Source: an uncultured Methanobrevibacter sp.
GTDB lineage: Archaea; Methanobacteriota; Methanobacteria; Methanobacteriales; Methanobacteriaceae
Length of the DNA stretch: 64,000 nt
Direction: 5' to 3'
Assembly: GCF_900316895.1 (NCBI RefSeq)
Contig: NZ_ONER01000001.1
Location: 35,500 to 99,499, forward strand
Shown: positions 17,805-26,802 of the stretch, piece after piece
How the letters are laid out: every line of letters begins with the position of its first letter
Position numbering within the stretch: position 1 is the first letter of the stretch
The notes under the pieces: generated by a model
What the model was told of the DNA's origin: nothing
Seen by the model: the letters and a program-made list of their open reading frames with translations, nothing else
Databases searched by the model: none
Translations under genes and position numbers: made by a program

Positions 17805-19346
17805 TTAATAGTATTTTGCGATTAAAGAAAATATCATTGAAACAATAAAAACTAATATCAAAACAAAAATGTAATGATCATATTCATTTTTTTCAATTTT
17901 ATTAAGATTTAAAGAAAATACAATAGGCAATAGAGCAAATAATGGTAAGAAATATCTGGTATGTACTCCAGTAATAGTTAAACTACCTGCAGGTGACCAT
18001 GATAATAATTGCACAATATATGTTCCGAAATATATCACAATAAAAGTTAGTAATGCTCCGAATCTGAATTTTGAATTAATTTTTTCACCAATTGGATAAG
18101 TGAAACAAATTACAAGCAATGATACCAATATAAACAATGATATCAATTCAGAAGCATTATAAACTCCGCCTTCAATGGTATATGCATAAAAACTAAAAAA
18201 TCCATTGAAAATATAACTAAAGCTATATAAAATATTTATAAATACATTAAAAATATTTAATGGATCAGATAATAAAAAATTCATTTGATTAGCTATACTC
18301 ACATTATTTTGAGTAATATATGTTGCCCTCCATGAATGAACTAATGCAGGAGTTGCATAAGACTTACTCCACAACACTCCAATCAATCCAACTGTAATTA
18401 AACCAATTAAACAATAGATATAATAATTTTTTTGCTTAAAATTATTCTTTGGCAAAAAGAACAATAATAAAATTAAAGCTAGATAAGGCAACTTACATAA
18501 CCCGGTAAGCAAAGATAAAATGGAAATAATAAAAATTTCTTTTATTCCAAACTCATTTTTATACATGTATATAAAATAAGAAATTGTCAAAATACCTAAT
18601 CCTGCAACTACAGAATCTATACTTACTGAAAATGCCTGAAACAAACAAACCGGCAAACATGCAATAAAAAACAAAGGCATTTTAAATAAAGGTGCTTTTT
18701 TGATTGCATAAGCAACTATTGTTGAATATAATAAGCTATTAAAAATTCTTGCAAGCCACAACATCCAAATTACATTTAAATCCAATAATTTAGCGATGAA
18801 AATCCCCAATCCTGAGAATAGATATCCAAAAAATGGGTTTTGTTCAAAGGCCGAAGAAACTTCAACTAGAGTATTATTAATCTTACCGGTATCTCCATTA
18901 ACTTCAAAAACAGTTTTATCTATAGAGTGAACGAAAAAACCTGGGATACTATCAATTGTTTTAAATGAACCATTGACATATTCCGGAAATAAAATTCCTC
19001 TTGAAGTCAATTCAGCACGTGTAAAATGTTCCCCTTCATCTGAAACCGAATCGATTGGAATAACAAATGAAGTTATTAATCCAAACAGCAACAAGACAAT
19101 AAAAACAGTTTTATATAGTTCTTTATCATTGTTATGTCCCTGATAATAACTTATCAAAATAATGCCCAATATTGAGAGAAAAATTAAAGCAAAAAATTCC
19201 ATTTTAGGATGATTATAATTTTTGACAGTCATCAAAGATAATGAACATAACATTACTAAAACTAAAAATAAAATCCAATATTTCTTGGATTTAAAGAAAT
19301 TATCTTTAAAAGAACTTAATTTAAATTTTAACATTTTATTTTTCAT
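17805..19346 (-). CDS. Polytopic membrane protein, DUF2142-like putative GT-C glycosyltransferase
   Basis: At least 12 TM segments. The first extracytoplasmic loop carries SVSDEGEHFTRAE, which resembles the DUF2142 D-E-x-x-H motif as I recall it. ATG at 19346 is preceded by GAAGGT; the track start at 19358 is TTG. Confidence 0.55.
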   Translation of the reverse strand: MKNKMLKFKLSSFKDNFFKSKKYWILFLVLVMLCSLSLMTVKNYNHPKMEFFALIFLSILGIILISYYQGHNNDKELYKTVFIVLLLFGLITSFVIPIDSVSDEGEHFTRAELTSRGILFPEYVNGSFKTIDSIPGFFVHSIDKTVFEVNGDTGKINNTLVEVSSAFEQNPFFGYLFSGLGIFIAKLLDLNVIWMLWLARIFNSLLYSTIVAYAIKKAPLFKMPLFFIACLPVCLFQAFSVSIDSVVAGLGILTISYFIYMYKNEFGIKEIFIISILSLLTGLCKLPYLALILLLFFLPKNNFKQKNYYIYCLIGLITVGLIGVLWSKSYATPALVHSWRATYITQNNVSIANQMNFLLSDPLNIFNVFINILYSFSYIFNGFFSFYAYTIEGGVYNASELISLFILVSLLVICFTYPIGEKINSKFRFGALLTFIVIYFGTYIVQLLSWSPAGSLTITGVHTRYFLPLFALLPIVFSLNLNKIEKNEYDHYIFVLILVFIVSMIFSLIAKYY

Positions 19347-19803
19347 AACAACCTTCAAAATTATTAATATTCAAGAACCTTGAATTCATAACATTTTGTA
19401 TATCTTCATAAACTATCTCAACTTATATTGAATTTACATTCATACAGGAACTGCATAACATTTGGATATTGCCTTATAATCAAATTCAAAATACTGATGA
19501 GATTAAAACCTATTGAATGTATATATTCTTTATTGAATATAAATTTTTAGTTTTAAGAATTAATTATAAGTAAAACTAAAAGAATTGAACAATATAACTA
19601 ATTAACAGAAAAAATACTGCATTAAAATTAATGAGGAAAATAAAATTAATTGATTTTAACAGGATCGATATTCATTTTAATAGACATTTGTTAATTCGGA
19701 AAAAATCTGTCTATTAAATCTAGTAATAATCCTATTTTTCTCAAAACTGTTTTTATTAAAGATAAGTCATATATTTTCATGTGGTTTAAAGTACAATTAA
19801 AAT

Positions 19804-21888
19804 TTAAATATTCTTTTTAAATTTCCTTAAAGGTTCTGTTAATTTCCAACTTTTAGAATTGAGAAGTGATTTATTCTCTTTTTTAAGCTTTTTATTTTGT
19901 TTTTTAAGTTTTTTATTATTCTTTTCTAATTTCTTATTTTTCTTTTTGAGTTTTTCATTATCCTTCGTCAGCTTGACTATATCCTTATTTAGTTTATTGC
20001 TTGTTTCCTCATAGAGTATTTTAAGATATTCAAATTTAAATTCCAAATAATCATCAATATTTAATACTAAATCAAATTTAACATTATTTTTTGGAACAAA
20101 TTTCTCATCAATTCTTGAAAATCTTTCTTTAGCCAATGCAAAATACTCCTGTGAGTCTGCAATAATTATATAATACAATACATGATAAATAACAAATCGA
20201 TAAAAATCTGATTCCAATTCTTCAAACATTCCTTCATTTTTAAGAATTTCTTCAACAATATCGATGATTTTAAATATGCCAATACTGTTAGAAGACGTAT
20301 GATTTACGGAATTTAGATTATCTAACCTATAATGATACAAGAATTCATTTACAAATGATATTTTTTGTGCCCGTATCATAGATTTTACATGAAACGGCAC
20401 ATCATCAAAAGCAATACCTACATCAAAACGAAAATCCTCATAGTTATCTAAAAATTCTTTTTTATACAGTTTAGACCAAGGCGCATATCCTATATCAAAA
20501 ACTATCTCTTTTACATCATGATAATTAAAAGAATACCTTTTGAAATTTTTATTTTTCAAAAGTTTATCAAGATTGAAATATGTACGTGAATTTGTAATCT
20601 TGTTATTTTCAATAACATTGGCTTTAAATATTACAATATCCGAATCATTGTATATTGCATTTTTATAAGTTTTTTCAAAGGCATCTAATTCAATTTGATC
20701 ATCTGGGTCAAATAAATAAATATAATCACCTTTTGCTTCATCTAAAGCCCGATTCCTTGCAGATCCACAACCGCCATTTTCCTTATTAATTACTTTTACA
20801 CGTGAATCCCTTTTGGAAAAATCATTTAAAATTTCTAGGGAATTATCTGTAGACCCGTCATTAACGCAAATTAGTTCAAAATCACTGAAAGTCTGATTTA
20901 ACAGGCTATCAATTGAATTTTCGAGAAATTCAGATACATTATAAACAGGAATCAAAACAGATATTCGAGGGTTATTTCTATCATTAAAATCAACAAGCTT
21001 TTTCATTTCTTCATTTTTCTCATGATAAAAATAGAAATTTTCTTCAAAATTTCTTAAAACATCAGGCTGGTCTTTAAAAATTTCCCTTGTAGCGTCTAAG
21101 ATATCCTTTCCGCCTTCAACGCCCATCATCCTAATAAAATCCACCATTTCATATCTGAATTGATGTCTAATTTTATCAAATTTCGAATCGGATAAATAAT
21201 CAAATACCATTTTATAGTGCATCATATGGTCAAAGCGTTTTTTACGGGTATTGCACTGATTTGCGCCACTTACATAATAATATGCATAAAAATCAATAGG
21301 CACTGTATAAATTTCATTAATTTTAGATAAGATTTCAGCTAAAAAAACTGGGTCCTGTCCCCTTAACAAATCCGGAAAAGTTATCTGCTCATTTACAATG
21401 AGTTCCCTTTTAAAAATATTTTTATAAAAAGACCAGGGAATCCCATATTCTTCAGGTTTTATCTTTTTAAATTCAGTATAATAATCCAAATGAACAAATG
21501 GAGAAAATTCATCCTTGTCATTAATTAATTTTATATTACCTGAAACCATATCCGCATTATTTTTAATAGCTACATTATACAATTCCTCTAATGCAGCATT
21601 ATCAACAAAAATATCATCCGCATCTAAAAAACCTATATAATCCCCTGTAGCTTCACTCATCCCGTAATTTCTTGCTTTACCTGATCCTTGATTTTCCTGT
21701 GATAATACTTTGATAAATTCATGTTCTTTGGCGAATTCATTTAAAATTTCTAATGAATCATCAGTTGACCCATCATTTACACATATAAGTTCAATATCTT
21801 TTAGTGTTTGATTGATTACAGTGTTAATAGATTTATCTAAACGGTCTGCATCATTAAAAACCGGCATAATAATTGAAACTTTAGTCAT
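19804..21888 (-). CDS. Double GT2 glycosyltransferase with C-terminal Lys-rich coiled coil and SWKLTEPLRK tail
   Basis: Domain 1: VSIIMPVFNDADRLDKSINTVINQTLKDIELICVNDGSTDDS...FLDADD. Domain 2: ISVLIPVYNVSEFLENSIDSLLNQTFSDFELICVNDGSTDNS...LFDPDD. The tail is a KLKKKNKKLEKNNKKLKKQNKKLKKENK heptad array. Confidence 0.85.
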   Translation of the reverse strand: MTKVSIIMPVFNDADRLDKSINTVINQTLKDIELICVNDGSTDDSLEILNEFAKEHEFIKVLSQENQGSGKARNYGMSEATGDYIGFLDADDIFVDNAALEELYNVAIKNNADMVSGNIKLINDKDEFSPFVHLDYYTEFKKIKPEEYGIPWSFYKNIFKRELIVNEQITFPDLLRGQDPVFLAEILSKINEIYTVPIDFYAYYYVSGANQCNTRKKRFDHMMHYKMVFDYLSDSKFDKIRHQFRYEMVDFIRMMGVEGGKDILDATREIFKDQPDVLRNFEENFYFYHEKNEEMKKLVDFNDRNNPRISVLIPVYNVSEFLENSIDSLLNQTFSDFELICVNDGSTDNSLEILNDFSKRDSRVKVINKENGGCGSARNRALDEAKGDYIYLFDPDDQIELDAFEKTYKNAIYNDSDIVIFKANVIENNKITNSRTYFNLDKLLKNKNFKRYSFNYHDVKEIVFDIGYAPWSKLYKKEFLDNYEDFRFDVGIAFDDVPFHVKSMIRAQKISFVNEFLYHYRLDNLNSVNHTSSNSIGIFKIIDIVEEILKNEGMFEELESDFYRFVIYHVLYYIIIADSQEYFALAKERFSRIDEKFVPKNNVKFDLVLNIDDYLEFKFEYLKILYEETSNKLNKDIVKLTKDNEKLKKKNKKLEKNNKKLKKQNKKLKKENKSLLNSKSWKLTEPLRKFKKNI
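19875..19958 (-). repeat. Four imperfect 21-nt tandem units encoding the NKKLKKx heptad array
   Basis: Plus-strand units are ttctcttttttaagcttttta, ttttgttttttaagtttttta, ttattcttttctaatttctta and tttttctttttgagtttttca. Confidence 0.6.
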
Positions 21889-21976
21889 TAATTCTCATCC
21901 AAAATTTTTTTTAAAAATATAAACATATATTTACTTTTTATTAAATATATATATTTAGTATTAAAAAGGTTAAATT

Positions 21977-23017
21977 ATGAATAATAATAAACGAATCGAG
22001 TATATTAGTTTAGCAAGTGTTTTATCTGCAATAGCAGTTGTTTATCTTCATGCAAATAGCTGTTTTTGGCAGTTCTCAACCGCAAGATATTGGATTACAG
22101 CAAATTTTATTGAATCAACATTTTATTTCGCAGTACCTATCTTTTTTATGATTTCAGGTGCAATGCTTATTGATTACAATAAACGTTACAGTTTAAAAGA
22201 ATATTTCTCTAAAAGAATAACAAAAACTTTAATTCCATTTATTATTTGGAGTTTAATTGGTTTGTTAATTCAAGTTTATTATATGCATACAATAAAAATA
22301 AGCTCAATTGATTTGACTTATATTATTAATGGATTGCTTAATGGTAGCTTAGTGCAGGTTTATTGGTTCTTTATTCCGTTATTCTGCATATATTTATCAA
22401 TTCCAGTATTTGCCGCTATCCCTGATGATAAAAAAAAGGACATTCTCACCTATGTTTGCAGTTTAACATTTATTCTAAATATACTAATTCCGTTTTTAAT
22501 TTCAGTATTCAATTTAAAAATAAACTATACTATTTCCATTGCTGTGGGAGGAGGAAGTTTATTCTTTGCATTAACCGGATATTTATTACATAAATACGAA
22601 ATATCAAAAAAATATAGAATAATTTTATACATACTGGCAATTATGGGATTTTTAATGCATTTTTTAGGCACATATTATTTATCCACATCTGCTGGAGAAG
22701 TTATTAAAACATATAAAGGATTTACAAATATTCCTTCAGTTTTATATTCACTAGGAATTTTTGTTTTCATAAAATACGACATTATCAAGTTAATGAAATT
22801 TAACATTATTAAAAAAATTGTTGGATTTTTAGATTTTTATACCTTCGGAATATACTTAATTCACTGGTACTTACTACAATTTCTAATTAGAACCTTTAAT
22901 ATTAACAATACCTCAATTATTTATAGGCTCTTTGCACCACTAATAGTTCTTGTGCTTTCAGTGATAATTATTTATTTAATTCGCAAAATTCCAATTATTA
23001 AAAAAATAGTGCCGTGA
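21977..23017 (+). CDS. Acyltransferase family 3 integral membrane protein
   Basis: The only plus-strand gene in the first 57 kb. About 10 TM segments. N-terminal EYISLASVLSAIAVVYLH and overall AT3-like topology. RBS AGGT 8 nt upstream. Confidence 0.75.
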   Translation: MNNNKRIEYISLASVLSAIAVVYLHANSCFWQFSTARYWITANFIESTFYFAVPIFFMISGAMLIDYNKRYSLKEYFSKRITKTLIPFIIWSLIGLLIQVYYMHTIKISSIDLTYIINGLLNGSLVQVYWFFIPLFCIYLSIPVFAAIPDDKKKDILTYVCSLTFILNILIPFLISVFNLKINYTISIAVGGGSLFFALTGYLLHKYEISKKYRIILYILAIMGFLMHFLGTYYLSTSAGEVIKTYKGFTNIPSVLYSLGIFVFIKYDIIKLMKFNIIKKIVGFLDFYTFGIYLIHWYLLQFLIRTFNINNTSIIYRLFAPLIVLVLSVIIIYLIRKIPIIKKIVP

Positions 23018-23088
23018 GGATTAAAACGATAAGAAAAAACTGATTGATCATTATATGCCGATTTCAATTGTATAATTAATCATGCGTA

Positions 23089-24411
23089 TTAACAACCAAT
23101 CTGGAACAATTCGAATCCTTTTTCCAGTATTTTTTTATCGTAAATATTCCTTCCATCAAATATAACCTTTTCATTTAACTTTTCTGAAAGTAAATCAAAG
23201 TCGGGATTTCTGAATTCCTTCCATTCTGTTATCAAAATCAATCCGTCACATTCTTCAGTAGCCAAATATCTACTTTTTACAAACTCAATTGAACCCAGAT
23301 ATTTTTCATCAATTGTTCTTTTGAACTCTTCGATTGCTTCAGGATCATATGCCTTAATTTTTGCACCTTTGTCAATAAGTGATGTAATTACTGTAAGTGA
23401 TGTAGCTTCACGAACATCATCAGTGCCTGGTTTGAAGGAAAGTCCCCAAATTCCAAAAGTTCGTCCATTTAAATCATTGCCGAACCTGTCGACTACCTTG
23501 TTTACAAGAACCATCTTTTGATTTGCATTGACCTTTTCCACATTGGACAATATCATCGGTTCATAGCCTGCACTTTGGGCAGTATTTATCAATGCCTGGA
23601 CATCCTTAGGAAAACAGCTTCCCCCATAACCGCATCCGGCATATATGAAATCATAGCCTATACGCTTATCCGAACCTATTCCCAAACGCACCTGCTGAAC
23701 GTCAGCACCTGTCACTTCACAGATGTTAGCTATCTCATTCATGAAAGATATTTTGGTTGCAAGCATGGCATTTGCAACATACTTTGTCATTTCAGAGGAT
23801 TTTATGTCCATCAAAACGAATCTGTCATGATTAAGAACAAATGATGAGTACAAATCCTTTAATGTATCAAATACATCTTCACTTTCAGCACCAATGACAA
23901 TGCGATCAGGATGCATGCAATCCTCAATTGCCCTTCCCTCTTTTAGAAATTCAGGATTTGATGCAATGTCGATTTTAACAGAAGAGCCGTTATCTTTTAA
24001 AATGCCTTCAATATGATTTTTTACTTTAAAACATGTTCCCACAGGAACTGTGGATTTTATAACAACAAGTGAATCATGAGAAATGTTTTGGGCGATATCC
24101 GATGCTGCTGAGAAAATATAATCCAGATTTGCACTGCCATCCTCAGCCATTGGAGTTCCAACGGCAATGAAAATAATATCCGTATCGTCTAAGGCTTCTT
24201 TAAGTTTTGTTGTAAAAAACAAATCTCCTTTTTCTTGACCGTTTTTTACCATAGTACCTAAATGTGGTTCGAAAATGGGCAAAATCCCTTTTTTTAAATT
24301 TCCAATTTTTTCTTCATCGATATCTACACAATATACCTTATTACCCATTTTTGAAAAACATGCTCCAGTTACAAGCCCAACATAGCCAGTTCCTATAACA
24401 GTAATGTTCAT
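23089..24411 (-). CDS. ugd: UDP-glucose 6-dehydrogenase
   Basis: MNITVIGTGYVGLVTGACF Rossmann motif. Catalytic-Cys motif GYGGSCFPKDVQAL. Overall length about 440 aa. ATG at 24411 is preceded by GGGTGG; the track start at 24423 is TTG. Confidence 0.9.
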   Translation of the reverse strand: MNITVIGTGYVGLVTGACFSKMGNKVYCVDIDEEKIGNLKKGILPIFEPHLGTMVKNGQEKGDLFFTTKLKEALDDTDIIFIAVGTPMAEDGSANLDYIFSAASDIAQNISHDSLVVIKSTVPVGTCFKVKNHIEGILKDNGSSVKIDIASNPEFLKEGRAIEDCMHPDRIVIGAESEDVFDTLKDLYSSFVLNHDRFVLMDIKSSEMTKYVANAMLATKISFMNEIANICEVTGADVQQVRLGIGSDKRIGYDFIYAGCGYGGSCFPKDVQALINTAQSAGYEPMILSNVEKVNANQKMVLVNKVVDRFGNDLNGRTFGIWGLSFKPGTDDVREATSLTVITSLIDKGAKIKAYDPEAIEEFKRTIDEKYLGSIEFVKSRYLATEECDGLILITEWKEFRNPDFDLLSEKLNEKVIFDGRNIYDKKILEKGFELFQIGC

Positions 24412-24441
24412 AATACCACCCAATGTTAATATAAATTTAAA

Positions 24442-25437
24442 TTATTTAATAATCTCATAAAATTCATTAAGACAATCGTTATTGAATTGTTTGTAATCAA
24501 TATCTAATGTATTTACTCCCTCATTCATAAAATCTTGCAATCCTTCTAAAATATTTTCATAAGAATTTCCAATTTTATACCCATTAAACCTGTCGATTAT
24601 ATCCATATCCCCTTCAGCAATACTCATTATCGGAATACCTAACATTTCTGATTCATAAATATATTTTCGATAAAATCTATAATCCGGAGGCAAAACAAAT
24701 AAATCGCAACATTTTAAAATTGGCAGAGGATTTGATAATTGTTTTATTAGAGTTACATTTTCCCAATTTTTCAACTTTGAGGTTAAATTTTGAATCTTAT
24801 TAAACCATCCGAAGTCGCCAACTATAATCAATTGAACATCATCATAATCATCACATAATTTATCAAATGCATTTAATAGATTTTCGGACCATTCTTTATT
24901 GTATATTGATTTATTTATTGAAATAATTTTCTTTCCAGGCCTGTTTAACACTCCCCTAATATAAGAAGAATCATGAGTATAAACCCTTGAATCTTTATCC
25001 AGTTTCAACATTTTACCAGATTCATATTCAATATTATCAAAATTAATTAGATTATGTGCAATTTTAATATTGTCTAAATCATTAAGTTCCTTTATAGGCT
25101 TAATCAGTTCCGAAGAAATCGCAACAACATTATCATAATTGCCATAGGCTTCTTTTAAAATATTGTTGTTAAATTTATTGTTTTCTATTTCTTTAATAGG
25201 ATCATTGTGAACCCATAAACTAGATTTTGCATCATTATTGCACAACATCAAAATTTCATTTTTAAAATAGCCATCATAATTTAAAACATAGTCAAATGAA
25301 AGATTATAAAATTGGCGTTTAAATTCCCTTTTAAAAAATTCGCGGATAGAATTATTGCACTCCTCCTCTGAATTCAGGAATTTATGATACTTGATTTTTT
25401 CAATATATGTAGGTTCATTTTTATTCACCATAGGCAT
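24442..25437 (-). CDS. GT4/group-1 glycosyltransferase domain protein (detached C-terminal half of a TagF-GT4 fusion)
   Basis: Colinear with residues ~480-796 of the 26803..29193 product (FKREFKRQFYNLSFDYVLNYDGY vs FKREIKRLYPGISFDKVINFDGY; LSNPLPILKCCDLFVLP vs ISNPMPILKRCDLYISS). In the same frame as the upstream ORF, separated from it by one TGA. Confidence 0.7.
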   Translation of the reverse strand: MPMVNKNEPTYIEKIKYHKFLNSEEECNNSIREFFKREFKRQFYNLSFDYVLNYDGYFKNEILMLCNNDAKSSLWVHNDPIKEIENNKFNNNILKEAYGNYDNVVAISSELIKPIKELNDLDNIKIAHNLINFDNIEYESGKMLKLDKDSRVYTHDSSYIRGVLNRPGKKIISINKSIYNKEWSENLLNAFDKLCDDYDDVQLIIVGDFGWFNKIQNLTSKLKNWENVTLIKQLSNPLPILKCCDLFVLPPDYRFYRKYIYESEMLGIPIMSIAEGDMDIIDRFNGYKIGNSYENILEGLQDFMNEGVNTLDIDYKQFNNDCLNEFYEIIK

Positions 25438-25470
25438 TATCTGAATACCCTTAGGAAGAGAGTTTAAAAT

Positions 25471-26784
25471 TCATTCAGGATCCTTTTTAAATTTTTTTGA
25501 CCATTGATGAAAAGTTAAAATGAAATTGTATCTGCTTACATCAACTTGTGACAATAATTGCCTTAATGAAAGTGTAATTTCATTATCAGATAAGTTTCCT
25601 ATGAAAATTAAGACATTTGGTTTATTGTTCTTTTTGATTTCCTCATGACAGCAATTTTTATCTAAAAATATATGTTGACAAATATTTTTTGCGGAATCTG
25701 CACTATCATATGGAACATAATCATTTAACAATTCAGAATAATCCTCAAAATCAGAATTCAATTCAGAAATGAGCTCATCAATATTTTCCACATTTACAAA
25801 CGGCAAATCTAAATCCTCAAGATAAGTGGAATAATCATTATCAAAACTGTTGAATAAAATAATTTTTCGTTTAGAATTGATAAAATCAAGTAAGACGCTT
25901 GAAAAATCTGTAATGAATGCTTCAGCTAAACTGATTATGTCATAATCAGTATATTCTGATGGAAATGGTTTTATATGTTTCAATTTAGAAAAATCTATAA
26001 CCTTTTTATTGTACCCATCCACTTTAAAGAATAAAACTTGATTATCATTTAATTTTTTATCAATCTCTTCTAAATTCCTTTTAACATTTTTTACAAATTT
26101 TTTATGCACAGAACGATTTAAATAATGAGGCATATATACAAAAATCTGATTATCTTCAATGTTTAACTTGGATTTCAAATTAGAATTATCCTTAAAAAAT
26201 GAAATGTTTCTGGGACTGCCTTCCTTTATAATTTTCCCATCGTAAATCTCTTCAATTAATAATGATTTCATTATTTTATCATATGAATAGTCATTCGAAA
26301 ACAAAATATAATCAGACAATAAAAATAGACGCTGCAAAGACCCTATTTTTGAAGCCTTTTTGATATCATCAATTCCCCATTTAATTAAGGGATTCTCATG
26401 ATAAACATTAATAATTACTTGTCCATCACGTTTAGCATATCTAAACCTAATATTTCTATCTGTTATGATATATTTAGCATATTCACAAACATATGTGGCT
26501 TTAATATCATTAGTGATAATTTTATCAATTTTTAAATTATAGTTTTCTTGAAGTTTTTCAAGATAATCAATGTTGCCTTTTTTAACATAAACATAAATTT
26601 TAAAATTTTTATATTGGTCTTTTGATAATTCTTCCATTATTCTAAATATATTACTTGATATGTACTCGCCATTCATTGAATCGATGAAAATTAGATTATT
26701 ATCTATTTTTTTATGATAATAAGGGTAATAAACATAAGAATTTAGATAATTTTTCTTATACTTTTTTATTTTTTTAAATTTCAT
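25471..26784 (-). CDS. TagF-like glycerophosphotransferase (N-terminal half of a split TagF-GT4 gene)
   Basis: Colinear with the N-terminal ~440 aa of the 796-aa paralog (FIDSMNGEY...NYLNKIDKIIT...FITDFSSVLLDF). The WHGTP motif is degenerate here (VYHENPL). ATG at 26784 is preceded by GGAGA. Confidence 0.7.
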   Translation of the reverse strand: MKFKKIKKYKKNYLNSYVYYPYYHKKIDNNLIFIDSMNGEYISSNIFRIMEELSKDQYKNFKIYVYVKKGNIDYLEKLQENYNLKIDKIITNDIKATYVCEYAKYIITDRNIRFRYAKRDGQVIINVYHENPLIKWGIDDIKKASKIGSLQRLFLLSDYILFSNDYSYDKIMKSLLIEEIYDGKIIKEGSPRNISFFKDNSNLKSKLNIEDNQIFVYMPHYLNRSVHKKFVKNVKRNLEEIDKKLNDNQVLFFKVDGYNKKVIDFSKLKHIKPFPSEYTDYDIISLAEAFITDFSSVLLDFINSKRKIILFNSFDNDYSTYLEDLDLPFVNVENIDELISELNSDFEDYSELLNDYVPYDSADSAKNICQHIFLDKNCCHEEIKKNNKPNVLIFIGNLSDNEITLSLRQLLSQVDVSRYNFILTFHQWSKKFKKDPE

Positions 26785-26802
26785 ATGTATCTCCATAAAA
26801 AA

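Noticed and set aside
21889-21976. Divergent intergenic region between the double GT2 gene and the plus-strand AT3 gene, considered as a bidirectional promoter (aaatatatatattt TATA-like run).
   Set aside because: It is plausible, but the whole region is so AT-rich that TATA-like strings are not discriminating. It is not called as a feature without TSS data.
25471-25473. In-frame TGA as a selenocysteine or programmed read-through codon.
   Set aside because: The position is an unconserved inter-domain linker (the paralog has no Cys there). I saw no SECIS-like structure, and the enzyme class has no known selenoproteins. A nonsense mutation or sequencing error is far more likely. It is kept only as the split-gene finding.
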